Shown here in pieces: positions 48,930 through 59,058 of a stretch of DNA of 64,000 bases (position 1 is its first letter; each line of letters begins with the position of its first letter). The stretch covers positions 64,897-128,896 of the forward strand of contig JAFGQU010000023.1 in the NCBI GenBank assembly GCA_016935525.1, in the 5' to 3' direction. The stretch is from Candidatus Omnitrophota bacterium. Its GTDB lineage: Bacteria > Omnitrophota > Gorgyraeia > Duberdicusellales > 4484-171. The notes beneath the pieces were generated by a model. That model was not told the origin of the DNA. It did not search any database and saw nothing but the letters and a program-made list of their open reading frames with translations. The translations under genes and the position numbers were made by a program.

Positions 48930-50048
48930 TCAGAGTTCTTTGCGTAATTTCCCCAATTCGGTCAAAAGAGCTTTCTCTTTTGCCGAAAGGTTTTTAGGGA
49001 TTACTATTTCGACTTCAACGAATTCATCACCCTGACGTTTAGTCCGGTAATCGAGCACGCCTTTTCCTTTAAGACGGAACACGCTGCCGTTCTGAGTCCC
49101 GGCCGGGATCTTCATCTGAACTTTACCGGCAAGCGTCGGCACTTCTATCTCACCGCCCAAGGCGGCTTTCACCATGGTCACGCTCACTTTGCATTTCAAA
49201 TTACTCCCCTGCCGCTGAAAGACAGGATGTCTGGAAACGACAATATGCAAAAAAAGGTCGCCGTATCCGGCGACTCCGGCATTCCCTTCGTTACGCAGCC
49301 GGACAATCGATCCGTTATCCACGCCCGCGGGGATCTTTACGCTTACTTTCTTATTCGCTTTCGTTTTTCCCTGCCCGTGACACTGGGTACACGGTTTTTC
49401 GATCATCTGGCCGGTCCCCTGACAACGGACACACGGCTGGCTTAACGTGAAAAAACCCATTCCGCTGGTCACCTGGCCAGAGCCGCGGCATCCTGAACAC
49501 ACTATTTTTTTTGAACCGGGTTCGGCACCCTGCCCCTGACAACGGGTACAATGTTCAAACCGGGGGAACGTGATCGTCCGTTCGACGCCGCCGGCGGCAT
49601 CCGGAAGCGTGATCTCTATTTCATAATGGATGTCTTTTCCTTGTCCGCGGGAAGTTCTACCTCCTCCACGGCCGCCGAAGATATCAAAACCAAGATCACT
49701 AAAAAAATCACCGAATATATTCTCGGCACCGCCGCCACCGCCGAACCCCATATCCCGGAATATCGTACTGAAATCGGCGCCACGGAAAATATCTTCGGTA
49801 GAATACCGGGAATCTATCCCGGCATGGCCGTACTGATCATATAATTTACGTTTCTTTTCATCGCTCAATACGGCATAGGCTTCGGAAACCTCTTTAAACT
49901 TTTCCTCAGCCGCTTTCTTCTTCTCTTCCGGCACCCGGTCGGGATGCGTCTGCATGACAAGCTTACGGTAAGCTTTCTTTACCTCGTCCGGCGAGGCGCC
50001 TTTAGCTACTCCCAAAATTTCGTAATAATCACGTTGGGTACTCATCAT
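48930..50048 (-). CDS. dnaJ: Chaperone DnaJ
   Basis: J-domain with HPD, G/F region, four CxxCxGxG repeats. Confidence 0.95.
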   Translation of the reverse strand: MMSTQRDYYEILGVAKGASPDEVKKAYRKLVMQTHPDRVPEEKKKAAEEKFKEVSEAYAVLSDEKKRKLYDQYGHAGIDSRYSTEDIFRGADFSTIFRDMGFGGGGGAENIFGDFFSDLGFDIFGGRGGGRTSRGQGKDIHYEIEITLPDAAGGVERTITFPRFEHCTRCQGQGAEPGSKKIVCSGCRGSGQVTSGMGFFTLSQPCVRCQGTGQMIEKPCTQCHGQGKTKANKKVSVKIPAGVDNGSIVRLRNEGNAGVAGYGDLFLHIVVSRHPVFQRQGSNLKCKVSVTMVKAALGGEIEVPTLAGKVQMKIPAGTQNGSVFRLKGKGVLDYRTKRQGDEFVEVEIVIPKNLSAKEKALLTELGKLRKEL

Positions 50049-50054
50049 AGCTCA

Positions 50055-50145
50055 CGCACGTCACAAAGTCACAAGGTCACATAGTCACAGGTTGAAGAGA
50101 GATTTTTCTCCCCACGTGTGACGTGTGACATGTGTCGTGTGACCT
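50055..50145. repeat. GTCACA-family composite element between dnaK and dnaJ (four GTCACANN units facing four TGTGAC units)
   Basis: GTCACAaaGTCACAagGTCACAtaGTCACAgg-N21-cacgTGTGACgTGTGACaTGTGTCgTGTGACc. The left arm is identical to 52222-52253. Confidence 0.75.
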
Positions 50146-50148
50146 TTT

Positions 50149-52053
<1,905 letters not shown>

Positions 52054-52221
52054 ACCTCCTCAATGAGCGCACAATTTTTCAAGCGTACTCACGCGATGAA
52101 AAATTGCATGCGCGAATTGACTCCGACGAGCTCCGCGAGATTTTACCTGTAAAATCGAGCGGTATACTGGGCGAGTCGGAGCAAATACCCTATCAATAAA
52201 CTACTTCCTTCAAATCTTCGG

Positions 52222-52330
52222 GTCACAAAGTCACAAGGTCACATAGTCACAGGTATAGAAAATTTTATTCGTGTGACGTGCTTGCCCCGTTGTCGCCAGA
52301 CTCACGGGTGTGACCTGTGTCGTGTGACTC
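52222..52330. repeat. GTCACA-family composite element at the grpE 3' end. Its right arm is interrupted by 25 nt and overlaps the last roughly 20 grpE codons.
   Basis: GTCACAaaGTCACAagGTCACAtaGTCACAgg...cgTGTGACgtg[cttgccccgttgtcgccagactcac]gggTGTGACcTGTGTCgTGTGACtc. Confidence 0.75.
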
Positions 52331-52903
52331 ATTTTTCTTCACACTCACAATCACTTTCGCGGTCCTTAGCACTTTCTCGTTTAAAAAATACCCTTTTTGT
52401 ACTTCTTCAAGGACCATATGCTCTTCACCCTCGTCGATTTCTTTCTGCCCGACGATCTCATGGCAATGAGGGTCGAATTTTTTACCTTTAGTCACGATGA
52501 GTTCAAGCCCGCATTTCTGCAGGATCCCGAAAAACCGGTTGAACGATATCTCGATACCTTTCAGCATCTGTTCGCCGGCATTATGTTCTTTACCGATACG
52601 CAACGCGTGTTCCAAATCATCCAGCACGACGATAAGGTCCAGGATCAACTGATAATTGGCAAACCGGAACATCTCTCCTTTTTCCCGGTCCCACCGTTTA
52701 CGGCTATTCTCAAAATCGGCATGTAACCGCAGATATTTATTCCACAATTCGTTATATTCCGACGCTTTTTTCTGCAATTCGTCTTCAAAGAACTTCCCGG
52801 CCTCTTTACCGCCGCACTCGTTTTGGCAGGCCTCATCGTTATGAGCGCAAGATGATTCCTGCTGTTTTTCCTGGTCAGGGTTATGCTCTTTAGGTAGTTT
52901 CAT
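52265..52903 (-). CDS. grpE: Nucleotide exchange factor GrpE, with a C-terminal tail (HDTGHTRESGDNGASTSHE) that appears to be encoded by the GTCACA repeat
   Basis: GrpE coiled-coil plus beta-domain core (…LRTAKVIVSVKK). The last 60 nt of the ORF coincide with the TGTGAC arm. Confidence 0.85.
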   Translation of the reverse strand: MKLPKEHNPDQEKQQESSCAHNDEACQNECGGKEAGKFFEDELQKKASEYNELWNKYLRLHADFENSRKRWDREKGEMFRFANYQLILDLIVVLDDLEHALRIGKEHNAGEQMLKGIEISFNRFFGILQKCGLELIVTKGKKFDPHCHEIVGQKEIDEGEEHMVLEEVQKGYFLNEKVLRTAKVIVSVKKNESHDTGHTRESGDNGASTSHE

Positions 52904-53663
52904 CCCACACTCCTTCTAAAATCGATTCGAGATTATGTTTTACCGAATGAAGAGCCGATACCGCCCGCACATAATCCATACGCATCGGCCCCAAAAGAGC
53001 AAGCGAAGCGGTAAGATCGCTGTGTTCGATACCGGAGATCACCATTGAACATCCCGAAATATCGCTGACACCGATCTGGTCCCCGATAAGAATACACATA
53101 TCTTCTTTGGTATAACGGAACAACAGATCCTGCAAATCGTCGATCTTCACCTCTAACGCGTAAAACAACGATTTAAGACGATGAATATCTTCGAATTCCG
53201 GCTGGTTGAAGATGAACCTCATTCCCCGAAAGAAGAACTTATCTTCGAATCCCGATATCGCTACCAACGAGGCATATCCGCTGATCGTCGCCAACACATC
53301 GAGGGTCCGGTCAAATATATATTCGATATCCCGGGCATGACGCAGATCTATCTCCATATCGGCGATAATACGCTCTTGAAGCAACCCGACTATCTCTTCA
53401 TCCAGCATATTCTCTTCTTTCAGGCGGCCGACATAATATTGAAACCCTTCCTGAGTAGGGACCCTTCCCGACGAAGTATGGATATGAGATAGATACCCTT
53501 TCTTTTCCAGAGATTCCATCACATTACGGACCGTTGCCGACGAACAGGAAAGATTGGCACGATCACAAAGATATCCCGAACTGATCGGTTTCGATTCTTT
53601 GATATAATGCTGAACGACCAGGTTTAATACCTCAAATTCCCTTTTTTTACTATCTTCTTTCAT
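52890..53663 (-). CDS. hrcA: Heat-inducible transcription repressor HrcA
   Basis: Winged-helix N-terminus. Length and the conserved GPMRMDY-like C-terminal region fit HrcA. Confidence 0.85.
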   Translation of the reverse strand: MKEDSKKREFEVLNLVVQHYIKESKPISSGYLCDRANLSCSSATVRNVMESLEKKGYLSHIHTSSGRVPTQEGFQYYVGRLKEENMLDEEIVGLLQERIIADMEIDLRHARDIEYIFDRTLDVLATISGYASLVAISGFEDKFFFRGMRFIFNQPEFEDIHRLKSLFYALEVKIDDLQDLLFRYTKEDMCILIGDQIGVSDISGCSMVISGIEHSDLTASLALLGPMRMDYVRAVSALHSVKHNLESILEGVWDETT

Positions 53664-53691
53664 ATCATCACCTTCATCTGCCGCGCACGCT

Positions 53692-53718
53692 TTAGCACTC
53701 TATCAATCAGAGTGCCAG
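53692..53718 (-). promoter_or_regulatory. CIRCE operator (HrcA binding site) for the hrcA-grpE-dnaK-dnaJ operon
   Basis: The minus strand reads CTGGCACTC-tgattgata-GAGTGCTAA, against the consensus TTAGCACTC-N9-GAGTGCTAA. Confidence 0.8.
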
Positions 53719-53720
53719 GT

Positions 53721-53749
53721 ATAATAACACACCGCATTCTATGAGTCAA
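53721..53749 (-). promoter_or_regulatory. Sigma-A type promoter (TTGACT-17-TATTAT) immediately upstream of CIRCE
   Basis: The minus strand reads TTGACTcatagaatgcggtgtgtTATTATacCTGGCACTC... Confidence 0.6.
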
Positions 53750-53762
53750 GGAATAATGAATC

Positions 53763-54131
53763 TTAGTCTGTTTCGGAATCAACAGACCGGTGGACCGCGG
53801 ATAGTTTCTTTTTCCCCCGTCTGAGAGAAGTCTCGATACGATATTTCAATTTATCTAACTGCCGGGCAATCGCCGAAAAAGCTTTGTTCATGGCGGATGC
53901 GGCGTTCGCCGCTTTCTCATCGGCAGCGACCACATGATGCGGTAAATAAATATAGCTGCGGCAGAAATACTGTTCTTTATTCGGATTTTTTTCCAGATGT
54001 ATCGACACATGTATCGGCGAATCCTTGCGAAAGATCTTCACCCGGCGGGTAATCCGCTGGATATTCTTCTCAAGCGCGTTTTTCAGGATATCGTTTTTCT
54101 CGATATATTTAAGCGTAAAATCAACCCGCAT
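53763..54131 (-). CDS. hpf: Ribosome hibernation promoting factor / ribosome-associated inhibitor (HPF/RaiA/YfiA family)
   Basis: MRVDFTLKYIEKNDILKNALEKNIQRI...VSIHLEKNPNKEQYFCRSYIYLPHHVVAADE. A strong RBS AGGAAGGAGG precedes the ATG at 54131. Confidence 0.75.
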   Translation of the reverse strand: MRVDFTLKYIEKNDILKNALEKNIQRITRRVKIFRKDSPIHVSIHLEKNPNKEQYFCRSYIYLPHHVVAADEKAANAASAMNKAFSAIARQLDKLKYRIETSLRRGKKKLSAVHRSVDSETD

Positions 54132-54236
54132 ATTCCTCCTTCCTGCCGGCAAAGGCCCGGTAGACATCTCGCCATTGTTAAAACTGATCGAATGGTATTA
54201 TCACACAGCTTGAAAGTTTATTCAAGAACTACCTGT

Positions 54237-54372
54237 GAAAATCCAAAGCACGAAATCCTAAATCCTAAACAAATTCCAAATCCTAATGTTCAAAACAGAT
54301 TCCGTTTGAGAATTTAGGATTTTCTTCATTTGTTTCGAGTTTCGGAATTCGGATTTAGAATTTAAACCGCGT
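54237..54372. repeat. AATCC / AAGCACGAAAT-family element immediately downstream of clpB
   Basis: aAAATCCaAAGCACGAAATCCTAAATCCTAAacaaattccAAATCCTAAtgttcaaaacagattccgtttgagaatttaggattttcttcatttgtttcgagtttcggaattcggatttagaa. It shares cgtttgagaaNttaggatttt with 48818-48926. Confidence 0.65.
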
Positions 54373-54379
54373 CCGAATG

Positions 54380-56956
54380 TTATTTCTTCTTAAACACCAG
54401 CTTATGTTTCTGCTCATCGATGACGACTTTATCTCCTTCGGAAAACTTGCCTTGAAGGATATCGATACTTAACGGGTTGATGATCATTTTCTGGATCGTC
54501 CGTTTGACCGGCCGGGCTCCGTATTCGGGGCTATATCCCTTATCGGCGATAAAATCACGGGCCCGATTAGTCAGTTCTAAACCGATATTTTTCTTTAAAG
54601 TGCGTTTCTTTAATATCTCCATCTGAATATCGACGATATCCCGGATATGCGCGAGTTCAAGGCTGTTGAACACGATAATCTCATCAAGCCGGTTTAGAAA
54701 TTCCGGCCGGAAATGATTTTTCAGTTCTCTCCTGATCCGTTCGTCAATGATCTTTTTATCCAGAGTAATATCGTTGAATATCTCGCTGCCGATGTTAGAC
54801 GTGAGAATGACGACGGTATTACGGAAGTTCACGGTGCGTCCCTGCGAATCGGTAAGTTTTCCTTCATCCAATACCTGCAGGAGTATGTTGAATACATCCG
54901 CGTGAGCTTTTTCTATTTCATCGAACAGGACCACCGCGTAAGGCCGGCGCCGTACGGCTTCGGTCAACTGCCCGCCTTCTTCATATCCCACGTATCCCGG
55001 AGGCGCGCCGATAAGCCGCGATACAGAAAACTTTTCCATATATTCGCTCATGTCGATACGTATCAAGTTCTGTTCGCTGTTAAACAGAAACCAGGCCAGC
55101 GTCTTTACCAGTTCGGTCTTCCCTACGCCGGTAGGCCCTAAAAACAGAAACGACCCTAACGGCCGGTGAGGATCGGATAACTCCGCGCGTGACCGGCGGA
55201 TACAATCGGCGATAAGCTCGATCGCGTTATCCTGGCCGACGACCCGTTTTTTCAGCTCATCTTCCATCCGGATAAGTTTTTCCATTTCCGCTTCGATAAG
55301 TTTTGAGACCGGTACCCCGGTCCATTTAGAGACTATCTCGGCGATATCTTCCTCATCGACTTCTTCTTTAAGCATTTTCGTCGTTTGCTGGATCTCGTTC
55401 AGTTCTTTATTCAATGTATCCAGTTGTGAAGTAAGAAGAGGGACCTGGCCGTACCGGATCTCGGCGACCTTTTCCAATCGCGCCTGTTTCTGATATTCGG
55501 CGGCTTCCAGCTTCAGTTTTTCCAGTTTCTCTTTGGTATCCCTGATCCGGGTGATCACATCTTTCTCTTTCTGCCAATGCGACTTAAGCGATCCCAACTC
55601 TTCCTCTAACTTCTCGATATCTTCCGCTAACTTACTTAACCGCTCTTTCGCCGCCGGGTCGGTCTCTTTTTTAAGGACCTGTTTCTGGATTTCCAGTTCC
55701 ATCTTTTTACGTTCGATCTTATCGATCTCTTCCGGTTTAGAATCTATCTCGATACGCAATTTCGATGCCGCCTCATCGATAAGGTCGATAGCTTTATCGG
55801 GAAGGAACCGTTCGGTAATATACCGGTCCGAAAGTACGCTCGCGGCGATGATCGCCGAATCCGTTAATCGCACCCCGTGATGCACTTCATATTTCTCCTT
55901 CAACCCGCGTAAAATAGCTATGGTCTGCTCGACATTCGGTTCGGATACATATACCTGCTGGAACCTTCGCTCGAGCGCGGCGTCTTTCTCGATATGTTTA
56001 CGGTACTCATCGAGCGTCGTCGCTCCGATACAGCGTAACGTGCCGCGGGCCAATGCCGGTTTCAGCATGTTGGACGCGTCGATGGACCCCTCAGATGCGC
56101 CGGCCCCGACTAACGTATGCAATTCATCGATAAAAAGGATCAATTGTCCTTCTTTCGATTCGATCTCTTTTAACACGCTTTTAAGCCGTTCTTCAAACTC
56201 ACCGCGGAATTTACTCCCGGCGACAAGAGCGCCCATATCCAAGGCGATTATCTTTTTCTCTTTCAGGATTTCGGGAACGTCGCCCGAAGCAATACGCTGA
56301 GCCAATCCTTCGACGATCGCCGTCTTACCGACCCCGGGTTCACCGATAAGCACCGGATTATTTTTTGTCCGGCGGGAAAGCACCTGGATCACCCTGCGGA
56401 TCTCCTCATCTCTGCCGATGACCGGATCGAGTTTACCTTTTCTTGCAACTTCGGTCAAATCGCGGCTGTATTTTTCTAACGCCTGATAGGTCTCCTCTGC
56501 CATCGGGGAATCGGCATGGTGCGAACCACGCAAAGACTGGGTGAGCGAAGACAGTTCATCAAAAGAATATCCCTGTTTACGTAAATAGTTAAAAAACAGG
56601 CTGTCTTTCTCTTTCGCAATCCCCAAAAGGAGATGTTCGCTACTCACAAACGAATCATTGAATTTTTTGGCAAAACTTTCGGCGTTATTGATAATATCCT
56701 TAAGACGCCCCGACGCATACGCAGCGCCTGGACCCTGCACTTTCGGCTGAGAGGCAAGAAACTGACGGACCCCGGCGGTAAGATCGCTTGCGTCTATCCC
56801 GGACCGGATAATGATATCCCGGCATATCCCCGGTTCTTCCATAAGCGCCGCCAGAACGTGTTCAGGAAGAAGCGCTTGATGGTTCAATTTTGCCGCCAAC
56901 TGTACGGCTTTACTCATTGATTCCTGTGCTTTTAAAGTAAATTTTTCTAAATTCAT
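54380..56956 (-). CDS. clpB: ATP-dependent chaperone ClpB
   Basis: Two AAA+ modules ([16 protein letters not shown]), a long middle coiled-coil domain. 858 aa. Confidence 0.95.
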   Translation of the reverse strand: MNLEKFTLKAQESMSKAVQLAAKLNHQALLPEHVLAALMEEPGICRDIIIRSGIDASDLTAGVRQFLASQPKVQGPGAAYASGRLKDIINNAESFAKKFNDSFVSSEHLLLGIAKEKDSLFFNYLRKQGYSFDELSSLTQSLRGSHHADSPMAEETYQALEKYSRDLTEVARKGKLDPVIGRDEEIRRVIQVLSRRTKNNPVLIGEPGVGKTAIVEGLAQRIASGDVPEILKEKKIIALDMGALVAGSKFRGEFEERLKSVLKEIESKEGQLILFIDELHTLVGAGASEGSIDASNMLKPALARGTLRCIGATTLDEYRKHIEKDAALERRFQQVYVSEPNVEQTIAILRGLKEKYEVHHGVRLTDSAIIAASVLSDRYITERFLPDKAIDLIDEAASKLRIEIDSKPEEIDKIERKKMELEIQKQVLKKETDPAAKERLSKLAEDIEKLEEELGSLKSHWQKEKDVITRIRDTKEKLEKLKLEAAEYQKQARLEKVAEIRYGQVPLLTSQLDTLNKELNEIQQTTKMLKEEVDEEDIAEIVSKWTGVPVSKLIEAEMEKLIRMEDELKKRVVGQDNAIELIADCIRRSRAELSDPHRPLGSFLFLGPTGVGKTELVKTLAWFLFNSEQNLIRIDMSEYMEKFSVSRLIGAPPGYVGYEEGGQLTEAVRRRPYAVVLFDEIEKAHADVFNILLQVLDEGKLTDSQGRTVNFRNTVVILTSNIGSEIFNDITLDKKIIDERIRRELKNHFRPEFLNRLDEIIVFNSLELAHIRDIVDIQMEILKKRTLKKNIGLELTNRARDFIADKGYSPEYGARPVKRTIQKMIINPLSIDILQGKFSEGDKVVIDEQKHKLVFKKK

Positions 56957-56976
56957 ACTTTGATTACTCCTATTAT

Positions 56977-57112
56977 TTAGAAATACATAGAAATAAGAAG
57001 AAATTCACCGAAGAATTTCATAGAAATATGGTGGAAATACAATTGTATTTCGCGTGAGCATATTTCGCGAGCGATAGCGAGTATATTTCCATATATTTCA
57101 AATCACGTTTGT
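56977..57112. repeat. GAAATA-family composite element between clpB and the rhomboid gene
   Basis: aGAAATAcataGAAATAagaaGAAATtcaccgaaGAATTTCataGAAATAtggtgGAAATACAATTGTATTTCgcgtgagcaTATTTCgcgagcgatagcgagTATATTTCcaTATATTTCaaa. Confidence 0.7.
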
Positions 57113-57134
57113 TTATTTCATCTCTCAATATACA

Positions 57135-57800
57135 TCAATACTGTACACTTCTCTTACGCACAAAAACCTTTACGAAGATGATCCCTGCGACAAACCCTCC
57201 GACATGCGCCCAGAACGCGACGCCGGTTGAATCCGGAATCCCTAACGACGATAGCCCTAAAAAGAACTGATATAAAAACCAGACCCCTAAAAAGAACGGT
57301 GCCGGTATTTCCACTATTTGCCAGAAGATAAAAAACGGCAGAAGCGTAAGTACCCGCGCCCGCGGAAACAGAAGGAAATATCCTCCGAGGACCCCGGCAA
57401 TCGCGCCGCTTGCGCCGATTGCGGGTATCGTCGAATCCAGGTTAACCAATCCGTGGATAACGGACGCGGCAATCCCGCAGATAAAATAAAAGATCAAAAA
57501 CTTTCCATGCCCTAACCGGTCTTCGACGTTATCGCCGAAAATCCAGAGATACAGGCAATTTCCCAACACATGCCATACCCCGGCATGAAGGAACATATTG
57601 GTAAAGAACGGATATATTTTTTCAAATATCCCGACCGGAAGCTGAAGGCGGTACGGGATAAACCCGAACGTATGTACAAACGCCTCCAGCTGCGGGCCCA
57701 ACGATATCTCATAGAAGAACACGATGAGGTTTATCGCAAAAAGCGTTATCGTGACCACCGGCTGAGTACGGTGAGGGATATTATCGCGTAAAGGTATCAT
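57135..57800 (-). CDS. Rhomboid family intramembrane serine protease
   Basis: Six TM helices, GASGAIAGVLG (catalytic Ser) and AHVGG (catalytic His). Confidence 0.8.
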   Translation of the reverse strand: MIPLRDNIPHRTQPVVTITLFAINLIVFFYEISLGPQLEAFVHTFGFIPYRLQLPVGIFEKIYPFFTNMFLHAGVWHVLGNCLYLWIFGDNVEDRLGHGKFLIFYFICGIAASVIHGLVNLDSTIPAIGASGAIAGVLGGYFLLFPRARVLTLLPFFIFWQIVEIPAPFFLGVWFLYQFFLGLSSLGIPDSTGVAFWAHVGGFVAGIIFVKVFVRKRSVQY

Positions 57801-57902
57801 TTTCCGTCGTTAGTCGATCGTCGTTGGTCGTTCGTATAAGGATATCGGGACAGGGTTACGGGTACCGAGAATACCCGAAACCCTGCACCCTGTACCCGAA
57901 CA

Positions 57903-58346
57903 TTACTGCACTTCAATCGCGATCTCTTTCGTTTGGGCTTCTTCCCGTTTAGGTACGGTAAGTTTCAGCACACCATTCTTATAGGTCGCTTTAATTTTAC
58001 CGGTATCGGCATAGATTGGCAACCCTATCTGACGATAAAACTTCCCCTGAAATCTTTCGGTACGTAAGTACCCTTTCTTCTTTTCTTCTTTCTGCTCGTT
58101 CCGTTCAGCAGAGATCGTCAGTATATCGTCCTTGGCGTTTACCTTGATATCTTTCTGCTCGAACCCCGGCAAATCAGCATCGACATAGATGGTCTTCTCA
58201 TCTTCGCTCACATCGACACTAGGAGTCAATATCGGATCCTGGTGTTTGATCAATTTACCGAACGAAGAGTCAAAGAGACGATCCAACTCATGATGCAAAT
58301 CGTCCAACGCATTAAACGGATTAGAATTGTAACGTACTAACTTCAT
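57903..58346 (-). CDS. Hsp20/alpha-crystallin family small heat shock protein
   Basis: Alpha-crystallin domain (…DVSEDEKTIYVDADLPGFEQKDIKV...GVLKLTVPK). The start MKLVRYNSNPF is preferred over the longer ORF-track start. Confidence 0.8.
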   Translation of the reverse strand: MKLVRYNSNPFNALDDLHHELDRLFDSSFGKLIKHQDPILTPSVDVSEDEKTIYVDADLPGFEQKDIKVNAKDDILTISAERNEQKEEKKKGYLRTERFQGKFYRQIGLPIYADTGKIKATYKNGVLKLTVPKREEAQTKEIAIEVQ

Positions 58347-58447
58347 TCTACACCTCCTGCTTCGTTCGCAGATGATCACTGATTGCAGACTGATGATCAC
58401 AGACAGGATGCCTGCGGCCATTTCCTCTTTTCAGAAATCATCCGGCT

Positions 58448-58474
58448 TTAGCACTCATAACAATAGACTGCCAA
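58448..58474 (-). promoter_or_regulatory. Degenerate CIRCE-like inverted repeat upstream of hsp20
   Basis: TTAGCACTC-ataacaata-GACTGCCAA. The left half is perfect; the right half matches 6 of 9. Confidence 0.4.
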
Positions 58475-58555
58475 CCCTTGGGTAAAAAATTTTTCTATTC
58501 CCCTACACTATCAGCGCTGATTTCAACGATTAAAAATCGATTACGGTGATTCAAA

Positions 58556-58867
58556 TTATTCTTGTCCATTTTCATCATTTTCGTCCTCTTCCTCATGCAT
58601 TTCGAAAATCACCCGGATACCCTGGATATTCACTCCTTTTTCTTTAATAAGGTATTTAATATATTTGAGGCGCCTCAGGTCTCCGTAACAAAAGAGTTTT
58701 TTCCTTTGGCCTACCATCTTAGGTTTCAATACCCCTTCTTTGATGAGCTCATTGATCGTCCAGGTATGCATATCGATAAGCCGGCACACGATATTCAACG
58801 GATACAACGGCTCATCATCGGGAATATCCACATCAAATTGATCTTCATCCTCAAACCAATCTCTCAT
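58556..58867 (-). CDS. MerR-family transcriptional regulator, HspR-like
   Basis: A MerR HTH (LYPLNIVCRLIDMHTWTINELIKEGVLKP...LRRLKYIKYLIKEKGVNIQGIR) followed by an acidic C-terminal tail. It sits among hsp20, clpB and the dnaK operon. Confidence 0.6.
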   Translation of the reverse strand: MRDWFEDEDQFDVDIPDDEPLYPLNIVCRLIDMHTWTINELIKEGVLKPKMVGQRKKLFCYGDLRRLKYIKYLIKEKGVNIQGIRVIFEMHEEEDENDENGQE

Positions 58868-58982
58868 CTCATCCTTTTTATATCATATATCAAAATTTCT
58901 GTCAAGATATTTCTTGAAAATTTTTTAGTTTTTTATTAAAAACGCAAGCGTTTACAATGAAAAAAGTCAATAAATAAAAGGT

Positions 58983-59030
58983 TTTTAAAAAATAAGATAT
59001 ACCTACCCCCCGTTTCAGGAAGTAGGTATA
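58983..59030 (-). terminator. Rho-independent terminator downstream of the VIT-vWA gene
   Basis: On the minus strand, stem TACCTAC...GTAGGTA followed by TCTTATTTTTT. Confidence 0.55.
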
Positions 59031-59058
59031 TCCGATACTATCAAGCCGCTATTATGTC

